Origin: Cycas panzhihuaensis
Lineage: Eukaryota > Plantae > Cycadophyta
Reading direction: 5' to 3'
Assembly: GCA_023213395.1 (NCBI GenBank)
Contig: CM041465.1
Location: 45,453,741-45,517,740 of the forward strand
Length of the DNA: 64,000 bases
Shown: positions 12,067 through 24,778 of the stretch, piece after piece
Position numbering within the stretch: the first letter of the stretch is position 1
Layout: every line of letters begins with the position of its first letter
The notes under the pieces: model-generated
What the model saw: only the letters and a program-made list of their open reading frames with translations
The model's database searches: none
Told to the model about the DNA's origin: nothing
Position numbers and translations under genes: made by a program

Positions 12067-14182
12067 AATGAAGGAAATAATATACAAGGAGAATAGGGCA
12101 TAACATGAATCCAATCATCAAAACTCAATAGATCAATGTAGCATGATAGCATAAACAAGAATCATTGTATATTCAATCCATTATGATAGAGAAAGCTTTA
12201 CAAATTTCCCAATATGGGCAATGTCTTAAGACACCAGGGTTGCACATCCCTCAATATTGATAATTTTAGGGGAGGAGGGAAACTCCTCAACCCCTGAAAT
12301 TTAAATTACAATAAAATAATATAAACTTAACTTAAAGTAAACTTAACTCAAATTAACATTAACTTACCTACACATGTTGAGAACCCACATGTGTAAATTG
12401 AGAAAGATGAGGTGTGCTCCGCTGGTTGGAAGGTGGGAGTGGAGTGATGACTAATAACTCCAACAATTTTCCTTTAGCATATATTGTTTTAAGAAGGCCT
12501 CATAAGAGGTAATATTAGATTAAAACATGAGTTTATTGTACGTTCTTAAGAATATCCTCTTAACAAAGTAATGGAAGTGTAGTTTATGAATAGTAGGATG
12601 CCTATGGTATCCTTATCATATGGGATCAACAAATGCATAGCTATAGTTATTTCTATTATTTAAAGATCCATAATAAAGGAATGAAATGAGAATTTTTATT
12701 GTGTGTAATAACCAAGAGTTAAGGTGTGATTTCCCTCTTGTATGATTATATCAATAATGAAGACTCTTTAGAGTAGTTTCTAAAACCACTTGAATGGGTT
12801 AGTCTACCTAATTTATGAGGAGTATATTTTTATTTCTATTAGGATGGACCTTATAAATGAATGTATCATTGAAGTTGGAACCTTTAAATATGATGATTGA
12901 TTATACACTTGTATACTTAATGCACCATAATTAATTAATAAAAAGTATCTCTTCAAAAGGTATTGATTACCTCTTTAAGTAAGAGAGTATCTAATGCACC
13001 TAAAAAGAGGATGTGTCTTGCCAAGGAGTAGTAGCTATTCATAACCTTATATGTCTAAAAATAGTCCTTAGACACCATTCCTATAATTGATATTTAGGAA
13101 TAACATCTTAGAGATCAGCATTGTATAGAATCAATGTGCACAACATGGTTCTAATCGAGGGCTAGGATAAATACATATAAGAATTCCTTATGGTGGGTTA
13201 CAATACCAAATGACTTCTCATTCCATACCTACTAATAATTTGTGCCTTTACCTATTGAATTATGACTCTTAACCATGTTGGGAAAGGTATGAATTATAAT
13301 AGTGCTAACATACTCAAATCGAATTGAGAAAGTTAGACGTTAGAAGTAGAAAACCACCATTATGTTTTCACAAAGCCAAATATTAATATAATGTCCTAAC
13401 TCATCGAGATAATTTCCACCCTAAAAAGAAGTTGCAATGTAACTAGCCTAGTGTAATAACTATTTATAATAAAAATACTTATAAAAGTGTATAAAATGAG
13501 AAATTATTAAGTTTCCAATTATAACAATTCATGATATAAGAACATAACAACCATTAGTTACTAATAGCAAATGCATCTAAATAAAAATTGAATACAATTC
13601 TCAAAAATACCTATGAAAGATGAAATAAAACATTAAAAGAAAAAAAAAGGAAGAGAGAGAATAATAGAAAGTGGGCTATATAGAAATGTTGCCCACACTT
13701 TTAAACTATATTTCATGAGACAAGATAAGGAATTTAAATGACAAATTCAAAGGCAAATTATTTTTATCAATATAAAGAATACCCCTTCCATGATAAGGGT
13801 AGTGTCTTATCATCATTAATAAACTATACCTATATGAATGGTTTTCAAATAAAAACACCTTAGTTTATTAGTTGATAAAATATGATACAATTAGGTATTA
13901 ATTCATCATTAAAGGATGAAAAAGTATATGGAAACATACCATTATATGTGTGTAAGGGGAAAATAATATTGCTAATATATATAAAAGAATGAATGAATAA
14001 TGGAGAAATATAGATAGGTTATAAGATAAAAATAACTATAACTTGAAAAAAAGAAAAATTCACTTATATTAGCCATGACTTTATATTCACTGATATGATT
14101 AGAAATGTAGTATACTCAGAAATGCTTACAAACAAAATTGTATATGACTCTTTTTATAATCAAATAAAGGTGCATATAAACA

Positions 14183-17100
14183 AGCATTTTGATATTAACA
14201 TGACCAAGTCATCAAAAGATAGGATAAGTTATTATTGATATATCTTTTAAAATATACATTAATAAATCATGCTTTCAAAATTATTTTTATAACAAGTATG
14301 TATCTCGAGAAAAAAGAATAATATAAATAAGCATTTTGAAATTAATATGATTAAACCATTAAATATATAATAAATTTATTTAAAAATTAACCATAGGATA
14401 TCATTTCTAGGAACAACAGAACAACATCATAATATTTCCATTATGGTCTTCGATAATCATTCATAACATATCTCACCTATTACATATATATATATATAGT
14501 CATATTGTAGGCATATGTGGGATCATTTGTCTCACTTACATTTAATAATCTTTGGCATTTTTATTGACCAATTAAACATGACCTTTAACTTATCCAATTA
14601 TATTTTAAGAGATAAATGTGAATTATATTCTAATACTCCCCCATAATGCATATTAGTTTGTATACCAAGATTTTTTCCATGTTAAAAGTACCTGGCTTTT
14701 GACAATGCTTTGGTGAGAATATTTGTAACTTGGTCTTCAATTTTATAATGCTGGATTAATTCTCTAATGTAATGATGTTTGATTTTAATATACTTTATTC
14801 TATTATGCATAATTAGATTCTTAGTCATTTGAAATGTACTTTAGTTATCATATAATATAATTGTTAGTTCTTATTGAGGTTGATGTAAATCTTCTAGATT
14901 TATTCTCATCCATGTTGTTACTTCAACTGCTTTGTACTTAGCTTCTATCATAGATCAAGAAATTATTGATTATTTCCTTTTGTTCTAGGCTATTAATACA
15001 AAATCAATATTGAATACATATATTGAAATAGATTTTTTATCTTTAATATCACCTGCCTAATTTATATATGAATAACTAAGTAGTCTAAATTCATCTAAAG
15101 AAATATACCACATCTATAGTTTAGTGTTACTTTAATATATCTTAGAATTCTCATTATTATATCCCAATGCTCTCTTTTAGGTTATGATATAAATCTTGAT
15201 GTTAAATTTACTACATACACTATGTTTGCTTAAGTATTCATCAAGTAAATTAAATTTCCTATCAATTGATGATATAAAGTAGAATTAACTAAAATAGAAT
15301 CTTCATTTTTACTTAACTTCAACCTAAATTCAATAAGAGTAGAGATTGACATACAACCACTCATGTTGAATTTATTCAAAATGTCCATAACATAGTTGTT
15401 TTATGACATGTAGATGATACTTTTAGTTTGCTAATTTCTCGTGATAGGAAAATAATATAGTTGTCCTAAATCTATCATTTTAAATTTTGAGTTCATGTCA
15501 TTTTTAAATTATTAGAACATTTCATCACTATTTATTATGTAGATGAGATCATCAACATAAAGAGAAATTATTAGAATTGGACTTTTTATTATCTTGACAT
15601 ATATATTTGAGTTTAATGGGCTTTTTTGAAATCCTTTAACCTAAAAATATTTACTAGTCTTAGAATACTAAGCTATTAAGGCTTATTTTAGTCCATGAAA
15701 AGCTTTCTTTAACTTACATACCAAGTGTTTATGTCCTTCAACTTCAAATCCTTAAGGTTGAATAACATAAATTTCTTCATCAATATATCTATTAAGAAAT
15801 GATGACTTAACATCCATTTGATAAATGGCCCAACTTTGATTAGTAGTTAAAGATAAGATACTTTTGATAGTATCCATTCTAGTAACAAGAGCAAAGGTTT
15901 CTTCATAGTTGATACCTTCTTGTTATGCATATCCCTTTGCTATAGTTCATGCTTTGTATTTGTTAATTTAGCTATCAACTTTATATTTTGTTTTGCATAC
16001 CCACTTTATACTAATCATTTCTTTATCATCAAGTAACTCTACTAAATCCCATGTTTCATTTATATAGAAAGAATCATATTCAACTTCCATTGCTTCAATC
16101 TATTTTTCATTTTCAACTTCTTCAAAAGAATAAGATTCATCATTTTGCATTCCTTGACTCATTAATACAAAATTAAATCTTACTTGAGATCTTATCAACA
16201 TTCTATTAGAATTTTTATTAAGATTTACTATAGGATTATGACTTTTAATATACCATTTTGGACCTATAATGTATTTTTGACTTAGGTTGGATGATGAACT
16301 TGAATTTAGAATAGATGAAGATGAAGTTTGAGGTGGTTCTATATTAGCTTCAACTATAACATGTTTTCTTTTATCTTATTCAAGTTTGAAGATCATATCT
16401 TTGCTCACAAAGAACTTCTTTATTATTGGATCAAATAGTCTATAGGCTTTTTGTTCACTTGAATATCCTATAAAAATTCATTTATCACTTTTGATTTTAG
16501 GGCATTAGTCCCTTTCACTGTTTAGAACTTGATCACTTATATTACTACATGTGATTGCCTATTGATTAGATGGGGGCTCCACAAACTTTAATAAAAAAAT
16601 ATAATTTGATTAAATTAAGTGAAAACTTTATAAAGAAAATATGCCAAAGTTGATATCACCCTACATGCATAAATTTTATTAATAGGTAATGAATTTCTAT
16701 GTGATTTGTAAATTGATGGACTGATGGCTATTTTCTCCTCTTCACAAACTAGTAGGGCGAGATCTCCATGTATTGGGTGAGCTTGTCGATCTTTTTAGCT
16801 TAGCAATGGCTCATGAGAGGATGTAGGGCAGATGGAGTAGATGGAAAGTATGTATAGGCAATAGATATTAATGGTGGGAATCTAGCTTAGATATTTATGC
16901 AACCACATAGTTGATCACAAATACATAGAGAATAATAACTTCATAAATGGAACAAACACATGGGCATTAGTGGATAGGAGTTATTTCATAGATAAAGGTC
17001 CTCACATAGGTTGGCTCTTCATGAGAGGACATTCACGAAGGTGAAGTTGATTCACTAACATCATAATGAATAGAGGGTGAGTTTGGTGGTGTTCCACATA

Positions 17101-18125
17101 GACAATGGCTCATAGGAGGAAGTACAACCTTAATGCAAAGACACATAAGTACAAGAGCAAAGGCTTAAATGTATAATAGGATGCACATAGTCTAAGGAGC
17201 ATAAGGCTTTTATATACAAGTAATTATATGGAGTAGGGGCATCATACAGATATAGACAAATTCCATATTAGGATGTAAATAGATAGTCATAGTGAGAGAG
17301 ACCAATATGTAAGGGTTTCCAAATAGATTTCATAGTCACACATGTTTCATAAATGAGGATGAAATCAAATGGGCTTAACCAAAATCAAAGTATAAACAAA
17401 CAAATTTTAAATGGGTTGAAACAGGGATAAATAACCAAAATAATGATTTTTGGTTATTTATGTGTATATTCAAAATAGATTCTAATGGGATGAAATAAGT
17501 TTACCATTTTCACAAATGGGTAATCTTATAGAATAACCAAATAGACTTTAAGTAATATTTTGGCAGACTTTTACCATTTAGTAGGCTATGGGACCCTTAA
17601 TGACTAACTTAGGCATAAATAATATATCATGAAATAATTAAACTATAAAAATGAATAAATTCTTGACTTATGGAATAGGCTTGAAATGACTCAAGGCAAC
17701 TGACACTCCTTAGTCAGATAGTACCTCACTATGTCTCCTTATTTTAGGTTCTCATATCTACCAATGCTCTGATAGCATGTTAGAAAATTAATCATAGGAT
17801 ATTATTACCCAAGAATAATACAACATCATAATATTTCTATTATGATCTTCAATAATTATTCATAATACATCTCACCTCTTACATGTATATATAGTCATGT
17901 TGTAGGCATATGTAGGATCATTTCCCTCACTTACATCCAATAATATTTTATTTTTATGTTGACTAATTAAACATGATATTTAAATTAGACAATTACATTT
18001 TAAGAGACAAATATGCCTTATATTCCAATAAGGTTGTTATTAAGATATCTTTTAAAATATATATTAATATGTAATGTCTTTAAAATTAATTTTACTCTAG
18101 GTATATACCTTTAAAAAAAGAATTT
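14183..18125 (+). repeat. ~148-bp tandem duplication whose second unit is split by the Copia at 14377-18030
   Basis: agcattttga.attaa.atga at ~14183 and ~14330. The continuation gatatatcttttaaaatatacattaat..aaaaaagaat recurs at 18040-18125. Confidence 0.75.
14377..18030 (-). mobile_element. Old, internally deleted Ty1/Copia element (RT-RNase H retained; gag and most of the integrase missing)
   Basis: LTRs ~14377-14635 and 17778-18030, PBS 17766-17777 (gctctgatagca), PPT 14636-14642, degenerate TSD aaatt/aggtt. Motifs YQMDVKSSFLN, SLYVDDLI and IFTKAL on the minus strand at 14650-16150. Confidence 0.9.
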
Positions 18126-20609
18126 AAATTAACTTTGACTACAAATCTTCTAATGTTATAAGTATTCTAAAAAAAAGAAAGAAAAACATATGTAATAATT
18201 ATACCAAGTAAGTATATTAAAGAGACCTAATAAACTAACTTACTTTTTAAATTGAGGGTTATTAATAACTAAGGACAATGATCTCTCCATAGTAGGTAGA
18301 GATATTATAAGAGTGAATTTTACCCATACAATAACCCTCAAATGATTAAAATCCTTATTGATTACATAAAAAAAAATTAAAATTATAAGGAAAAGTTAAG
18401 TGATAATGGTTAGGAGAAGAAGAGATGTTTTACACAATTATTAGGAAAGCCTCTTAAGTTAACTTCAAGTCATAAGGCAACCATGAAGAGTAATGTAAGA
18501 GATGGGTTTTTATTTGCCAATGAAGAAGTAAGCCCTTGAGATAAGACTTCCTCTCCTTGAAGCACTCTCTTATGTAATCATACAGAGACTAAGGCAAGGC
18601 ATCCTATTTGTTGGGTGTAATGTCATCACTCAACTCCCTCTTACCTACCAGGATTGTGCACCTCAATTTAGACATGTGATGCTCAACATGTCCAGGTAAG
18701 TTAAGGTAAGTTGAGTTAGTTTCATTTGAGTTAAGTTAGTATTATTTTATTATTAATTTGAATTCAGGGGTTGAGGAGTTTCCCTCCTCCCCCAAACTAT
18801 AAATGTTAAGGGGTGTACAACCCTGGTGTCTTTAGACACCACCTACTTTTGAGGAAGATTTGGAATACTCATTCTACTACAATGGATTGAACATCAAGGC
18901 TCTCATGGTTTTATGCTATTGTAATGGTGATACACTGATGTATTTGATGCAATCTTGATGCAGAGCTTAGTTTGGCTCATAGTTTACAAGCATATTTTCC
19001 TTCATTTTGGTATCAAAGCATTGTGGCTCCATATTTTTTCCATCATTTGGTATCAGAGCAGGCGATTGCTGACCTGCTGAAGTTTTGAGGAAAAGCAACA
19101 GGATCTATTGGCACTCTACAACAGATTTCTTTTACAAGCAATATATATTAACTAGATTAGTTTTCTGAAATTTTTAGCAAGTTCTATATATCATTTTCAG
19201 CAGATTTTGATTATTTTTGAGCTATATTTCTGGTTCAACAAATATTACTGAGATCTATTTTCAGATTTGTGGAGATCTACAAAGGATTTTCAATAGCAAA
19301 CTATATACTCTCAAGTTTATTCTTATATTTGAGTTATTTTACATTCGGATCTCTGATTTATCATATATTTTGACAACTTACAAGTTTTTTATCTACTTAT
19401 CGATATTTTTGCAGTTGTAAAAGAGCATCCGTTCCATATAAAAGTTATCAAGTTTTTTCAGAGATCTACAATTTATTACTTTAGATCTGCTATTTTTTAC
19501 TATAAATATGCTTATTTCAACAAGTTTTCAATATTTTACATTATATTTGTTCATATCTGTCATATTTTTTGCTATAGATCTGCTATACTAAGGCCAGATC
19601 TACAACATTTACATAATATTTTTGCGGATCTCTGGGTCTCACTTGGATCCGAGATTTTTCATCATTTGGTGATATTTTCTACAAGTTTTTCAATGATTTA
19701 TTATATTTTTCAATAGATTCACTCATTATTGGGTTATTTCTTATGGTATAACAAGTATATTCAGTGTTTTTTCACAAGATTTGTGCAGATTCATAAAAGC
19801 TTTTTCTAGCTACAAGCTATATTTCAATCTACAAAAGATAGCAATTGCATATCAGCAACTTTTGAGGCATTTTCAACCATTCGAAGAAGTATATGCAGCA
19901 GATCTATTTGTTGAAGAATACACTTGAACGTTTGAAGATCTCATGTGTAAGGGTTAACCTGCTACAAGTCTGCAAATTAGCTTACCAGGTTCTTTGAGAG
20001 TTCTTTTTTCAAATATATACATATATTTCATATATTTGATGCATTTTTTGTGGATATATTTACACATCTAGTTATTTTTTGTGAATATACTCAAAAAAAA
20101 AATTGGTTTATTTGGGATAACTGAGTAAGTGAACTGAATATACAAATATACATATATTTCCTATGTATTTGTTGTTACTTTCTTAATAAGCTTTGGAATC
20201 ATTTACTGTATTTATGTCCTCTCAGCATTCTCTGTTTGTGTGGTCTTCCATTTGTAGCATTCCTTTATCCGCATAATCTTTCGTGTTTGACTTGTTACGT
20301 TTTTCTTGTATACCTTGAGATCATATTAATCCTGCAAATATAGTTTCCCCTTTTGCAAATATATTTTCTCTTTTATTTGAGTTCTCTTTTGAGCTATCTT
20401 CCCATATTCACTTGTTTTTTTCAAGAAAAACCTTTGTAGACCCTCCTGAAACTTCCATCAATACTTCCGATCAAACATATTCAAAGCATACAACCCATGA
20501 TATAGTTCAGCTGTGTGAGACAAACCACCCTTATAGGGCATACCTATGTTTGATAATCTCTCCAACTAAATTCTTTACTTTGTAATCTGATAAACATATA
20601 AGCAGGTTT

Positions 20610-21245
20610 CATAACTTGCTCTCCGCGTCTCGGCTCTTTGTGGTCCTGCGTCACCTGTTAGCATTCGTTGCGTCCTGGCAGGTTGGGTCTCGACTTTCTG
20701 TGGCCCTGTGTCACCTATTGGCGTTCGTTGCATGCAGGTTGGGTCTGCGGGTCCTAGTTCGCCCCTCTGTCTCCCGTAGATCTGCGGGCTTATTGTCGCC
20801 GTCTTCCTGCGCCCTCCGCCTGATGCTCCGTCGCGATCCGTACCTCCATCGGCGCGCTGCCCCATTGTGCAGATCCCTCGCCGATCGCCGCGTCTCTGCT
20901 CCGTCGCCCTCGGCCTCAGCGTCGATCCGTACCTCCATTCGGTTGCATACGATATCCGCTTCGCCTCGATCAACCGTTATGCGGATCTCGCGGCTCCACG
21001 ATGCTCTCGCCTCGGTCAACCGTTGCGCAGATCCCTCGCAGCTCCGGCCGATCGCCGCGTCTCTCCGTGCCTCCATCGGCGCGCTCCCTCGGCGTCTCGG
21101 CCTCTGTACCTCCATCGGCGTCGCCCTCATATCCGTGCTCTCCTCTGCGTGCCCGTTCATTGCGTTGCCCGTATTGGGCGTTGGGCCGTCCTCGCTATCC
21201 GTGCAGCAGTCTCCCTTAGGACGTTGGGTTTCAAGAACGCAGCAG
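20610..21245. repeat. CpG-rich island made of shuffled short repeats inside element B
   Basis: A ~58-bp direct duplication at 20632-20750, and recurrent modules gatccgtacctccat, gcagatccctcgc, gccgatcgccgcgtctct, tcgcctcg.tcaaccgtt. Confidence 0.9.
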
Positions 21246-21457
21246 CGTTCATTTGTTTGTTGAGTTTTTTATTATTGCGTATACATATATATGTATATTA
21301 ATATATATACAGAGACTTTAGTCTTTTAGTTTTTTAAGTGCGCCCGACTTTGGGGCGATTTTATTATTGTTTTTTATATAGTGCAGGTCTCCCGCCTTTC
21401 TGCACTCTTACGGCAGCAGTTGTTTTCATTTCCTTTTTATATAGATTTTAAGTTTTA

Positions 21458-21493
<36 letters not shown>
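21458..21493. repeat. (AAT)n microsatellite, about 12 units
   Basis: Read directly from the sequence. Confidence 0.95.
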
Positions 21494-21501
<8 letters not shown>

Positions 21502-22696
21502 TTAATTATATACATTTTTTAAAATTTGAGTGTTTAAAGAGTTTAACGTATTTGACTGCTATTTCCTTGGTTTTATCTTGTTATCACGTGACCGTTTGCC
21601 ATTTCAAAAGAGTTATTTCATCTTTTATAAAAAATTTTATTTTTATTTTTTTAAATTTTTTTATTTTTATATAGGGTTATTGGCACTTTTTTGGCCATAA
21701 CTTCTTTTTGGCTCATCGGTTTCAGACGAAACCTGCGCCATCAGATCAGAAATTTTCCGTAGATTAATTTCGACTGGTCATAAGACCGATTTGGTGCCCA
21801 TTTGACCTTGTTTCACCCCTTTTAACATTGGACTTTCGAAATTTCAACAGTTTTTACATTTTTTGACAAAATCGGTTTTAGAACTGGCTGCTATTTATTG
21901 TTGGCAAACTGTTTTGTATCCAAATTTTTTCTATTGTGATCTACGTCATATAGACTCTAATACCCATCTTTTACTTTTATTTTTTGACTTCATTTTTACT
22001 AATATTTTAATCGTTAAAATAAGAAAATTAGTTGATTTTACTTGTTTCTTGAACATTCTCCATAAAGATACTTCTCACTTTTTTCACTATAATTTTTGCA
22101 ATTTTTATCAGATTTCATTTCCGTCAACTTCGTTGGGAAGCTGACTCATTTCTCTTCACTGTGATATATTTTTTCATATATTTTGACATATTTTGCTTAT
22201 ATTTCAAATCAGCTAAAGTTGAGTCATTTTATTGGCCTAAATCTACTTTTTTTTACACCTGTTTAATATATTCTTTCAAAATTTTCAATTGGCAAAATAT
22301 TAATTACTTTATCAATAATATTTGATCCCTTTTTCAGCTTTTCTAAGGATTAATTAGTACTTTTATACAATTTTTTGCCTACCCTGCTCCTGTTAGGCTC
22401 CATAAGGAGGTCCTTTTCTTAGCATCATTCAAAACGTGACTTATTGGTATCATTTTTCAAAACCGTCTATCTTATTGGATTCACATTTCAGCAATCTACA
22501 TATTGATAAATTTTTAAGCTATTCTGACCTCTTTCAATATAGTTTTCAATCTGTTAAAGTTGAGTATATATATACATCCTAACAAGCTTGTCTTCGTTCA
22601 AAATTTTAAAGAAAATTCTAGTTTATATCTCATTGTTTATTCAAGATTTCTACTTGATCTTATCATCATTTTCTTATTGATTAAATTACTTTCAAA

Positions 22697-22969
22697 ATTG
22701 CACAATTCCCCATTTTCAATGGCCATAACTATTCACTATGGTATGATACTCTACACACTTACTTTATTGAACGTAATCTTTTGAAGTATTTACAACATGA
22801 ATATGACCTTAGCCTTAAAGAAAATTTTAGGAAAGATAATGAAGTGTTAGGTTTATTATTTTGCACTATGACTGATGATGTCTTTTCATTGGTTTCTGAA
22901 TTTACAACATCTAAGTCTGTTTGGGATTTATTGATTTCCATTTATGGGGAGATATCCCATTGTATTTGA
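22697..22969 (+). pseudogene. Copia gag N-terminal remnant (element B), open for ~90 codons
   Basis: AQFPIFNGHNYSLWYDTLHTYFIERNLLKYLQ..KDNEVLGLLFCTMTDDVF..TSKSVWDLL, in frame with ORF 22781-22969. Confidence 0.82.
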
Positions 22970-24778
22970 TGAGACTTTTGATGAGCATGTGAGACAGGTG
23001 ACAGAACAGGTAGATCATAACGGCAACATCAATGAAGATTCAGATCAAATGCAGGACCACCTTGTTGCACTGATTTGATCCTCCATTTGAGGGGAGCATC
23101 ATGAAGACGAATCTTATGACATAACGAAGAATGAACACGGTGATATGACAACCGCTCAAAGCATAAAGAGTACAAAAGTTCAAGTCCAAATTACGCTTAT
23201 TCATCTACTTTTGCATCAAGTTTCATCTACCTATAGTCTTCCTACATCATTCTATAATAAAGAGATATATGTGACTATAAGGGTGAGAAGCATTGACAAA
23301 GATCAAGATTGGAATTTTAAAGTTTTTTCAAGTACCGTTCCACAAGTTCAAGGAAAAGATACAAGTGTTCGTCTTGACATTAAGGGGAGAATGTTGGGTG
23401 TAATGTCATCACTCAACTCCCTCTTACCTACCGATTGTGCACCTCAATTTAGACATGTGATGCTCAACATGTCCGTAAGTTAAGGTAAGTTGAGTTAGTT
23501 TCATTTGAGTTAAGTTAGTATTATTTTATTATTAATTTGAATTGGGGTTGAGGAGTTTCCTCCTCCCCAAACTATAAATGTTAAGGGTGTACAACCACGG
23601 TGTCTTTAGACACCACCTACTTTTGAGGAAGATTTGGAATACTCATTCTACTACAATGGATTGAACATCAAGGCTCTCATGGTTTTATGCTATTGTAATG
23701 GTGATACACTGATGTATTTGATGCAATACTGGTACAGAGCTTAGTTTGGCTCATAGTTTACAAGCATATTTTCCTTCATTTTGGTATCAAAGCATTGTGG
23801 CTCCATATTTTTTCCATCATTTACCATTGGAATATATAAATAGTGTTAGAATAATAATTTAAAAGGAAAAGAGATAGAAAGAGTCCATTTCTAAAGCTTC
23901 TCTAAAGATATTTCACCACACTCTAGTCTTAGGATAAGGAATTCAAATTCACTTAAAGAAAGACAAGTTACCCTTATGATTAAACTATTATTTTTATGCT
24001 TTATCACTATATTTATAAGTATGGAAGGATAATTAATACCAAAATTTCTTTGTTTTTCATTTAAATAAAGCTATTTTTTTAAAATAAAATTGTACTGGAT
24101 TATTATAAGAAACTTAGGATTGAAAAAGACATAAGACATATGGAGTTCGTAAAGACCTATTATAGTCATATGATTGATGATAGACTTGAACAACCCTACA
24201 TTTAGATATAAATGAAGAGTATAATGTGTATGAGGGCCTAAAACCTTCATACCCCTTAAACTACTAAAATTAGATGGAAGTTTTATCAAGAACAATCAAA
24301 TGAAGGCCTTTTGGCTCAACTAATTTTGTATGGACTTGCTCACAATGAAGGACATATATTTGATATGATAGAACCATACAATAATAATTACACCCAATAG
24401 AAACCATCTTTCCATTTCAAAAAATCATTTGAATGTACGAATAAATAGATTTTAAGAATAATAATCTTTAAAATATGATATCTTATGAATGCTTTAGTTA
24501 TCATAATTTAGTATTACATTTAATGGATTATAACATAAATGAATAAGCTAATAGACTTATAACCATATTTTAGTAAGAAGATTTAATAAGGAAATAATGA
24601 AATTTTAATAAGTATAGTGAATGATTATCTTTCATACATGTATTTGTTAATGAGTGAGCATGTTAAAGATGGGATACACATGAATTTAAGAAAGCTACTA
24701 TTGTGTAAATAGTATTTAAAACATCTAATATTATTAAATATCCCTTAGTAAGACTAACATTTTAAGGATGATTATAAT

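Larger units (their letters stand above)
6336..12465 (-). mobile_element. Non-autonomous Copia-derived LTR element, copy A (LARD-like, tandem-PBS LTRs)
   Basis: Direct-repeat LTRs ~6350-6879 and ~11945-12465 (minus-strand start TGTT), PBS 11931-11942, PPT 6880-6893 (minus attaagggggagaa). Only a gag N-terminal remnant is present; no pol motifs. No clear TSD. Confidence 0.92.
5905..13285 (+). repeat. Old dispersed repeat, copy 1 (5905-6335 plus 12466-13285), split by the element at 6336-12465
   Basis: Both flanks align colinearly with ~32230-33500, e.g. gaaagaaaagagaat..gtatgcatgc.aaagg, ttaagaaggcct.ataagagg, ttatggtgggtta..accaaatgacttctca. Confidence 0.85.
18609..23819 (+). mobile_element. 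Non-autonomous Copia-derived LTR element, copy B (same family as A, younger)
   Basis: LTRs 18609-19045 and 23392-23819 (TG..CA), PBS tggtatcagagc 19048-19059, PPT 23381-23391, internal PBS copies at 19008/23782 and ~18956/23730. LTR, leader blocks, gag remnant and tail are homologous to A. Confidence 0.95.

Noticed and set aside
20575-21301. Five overlapping ORFs up to 215 aa on both strands
   Set aside because: Low-complexity R/A/S/L-rich translations are expected from a GC-rich repeat with few stop codons; no domain recognised.
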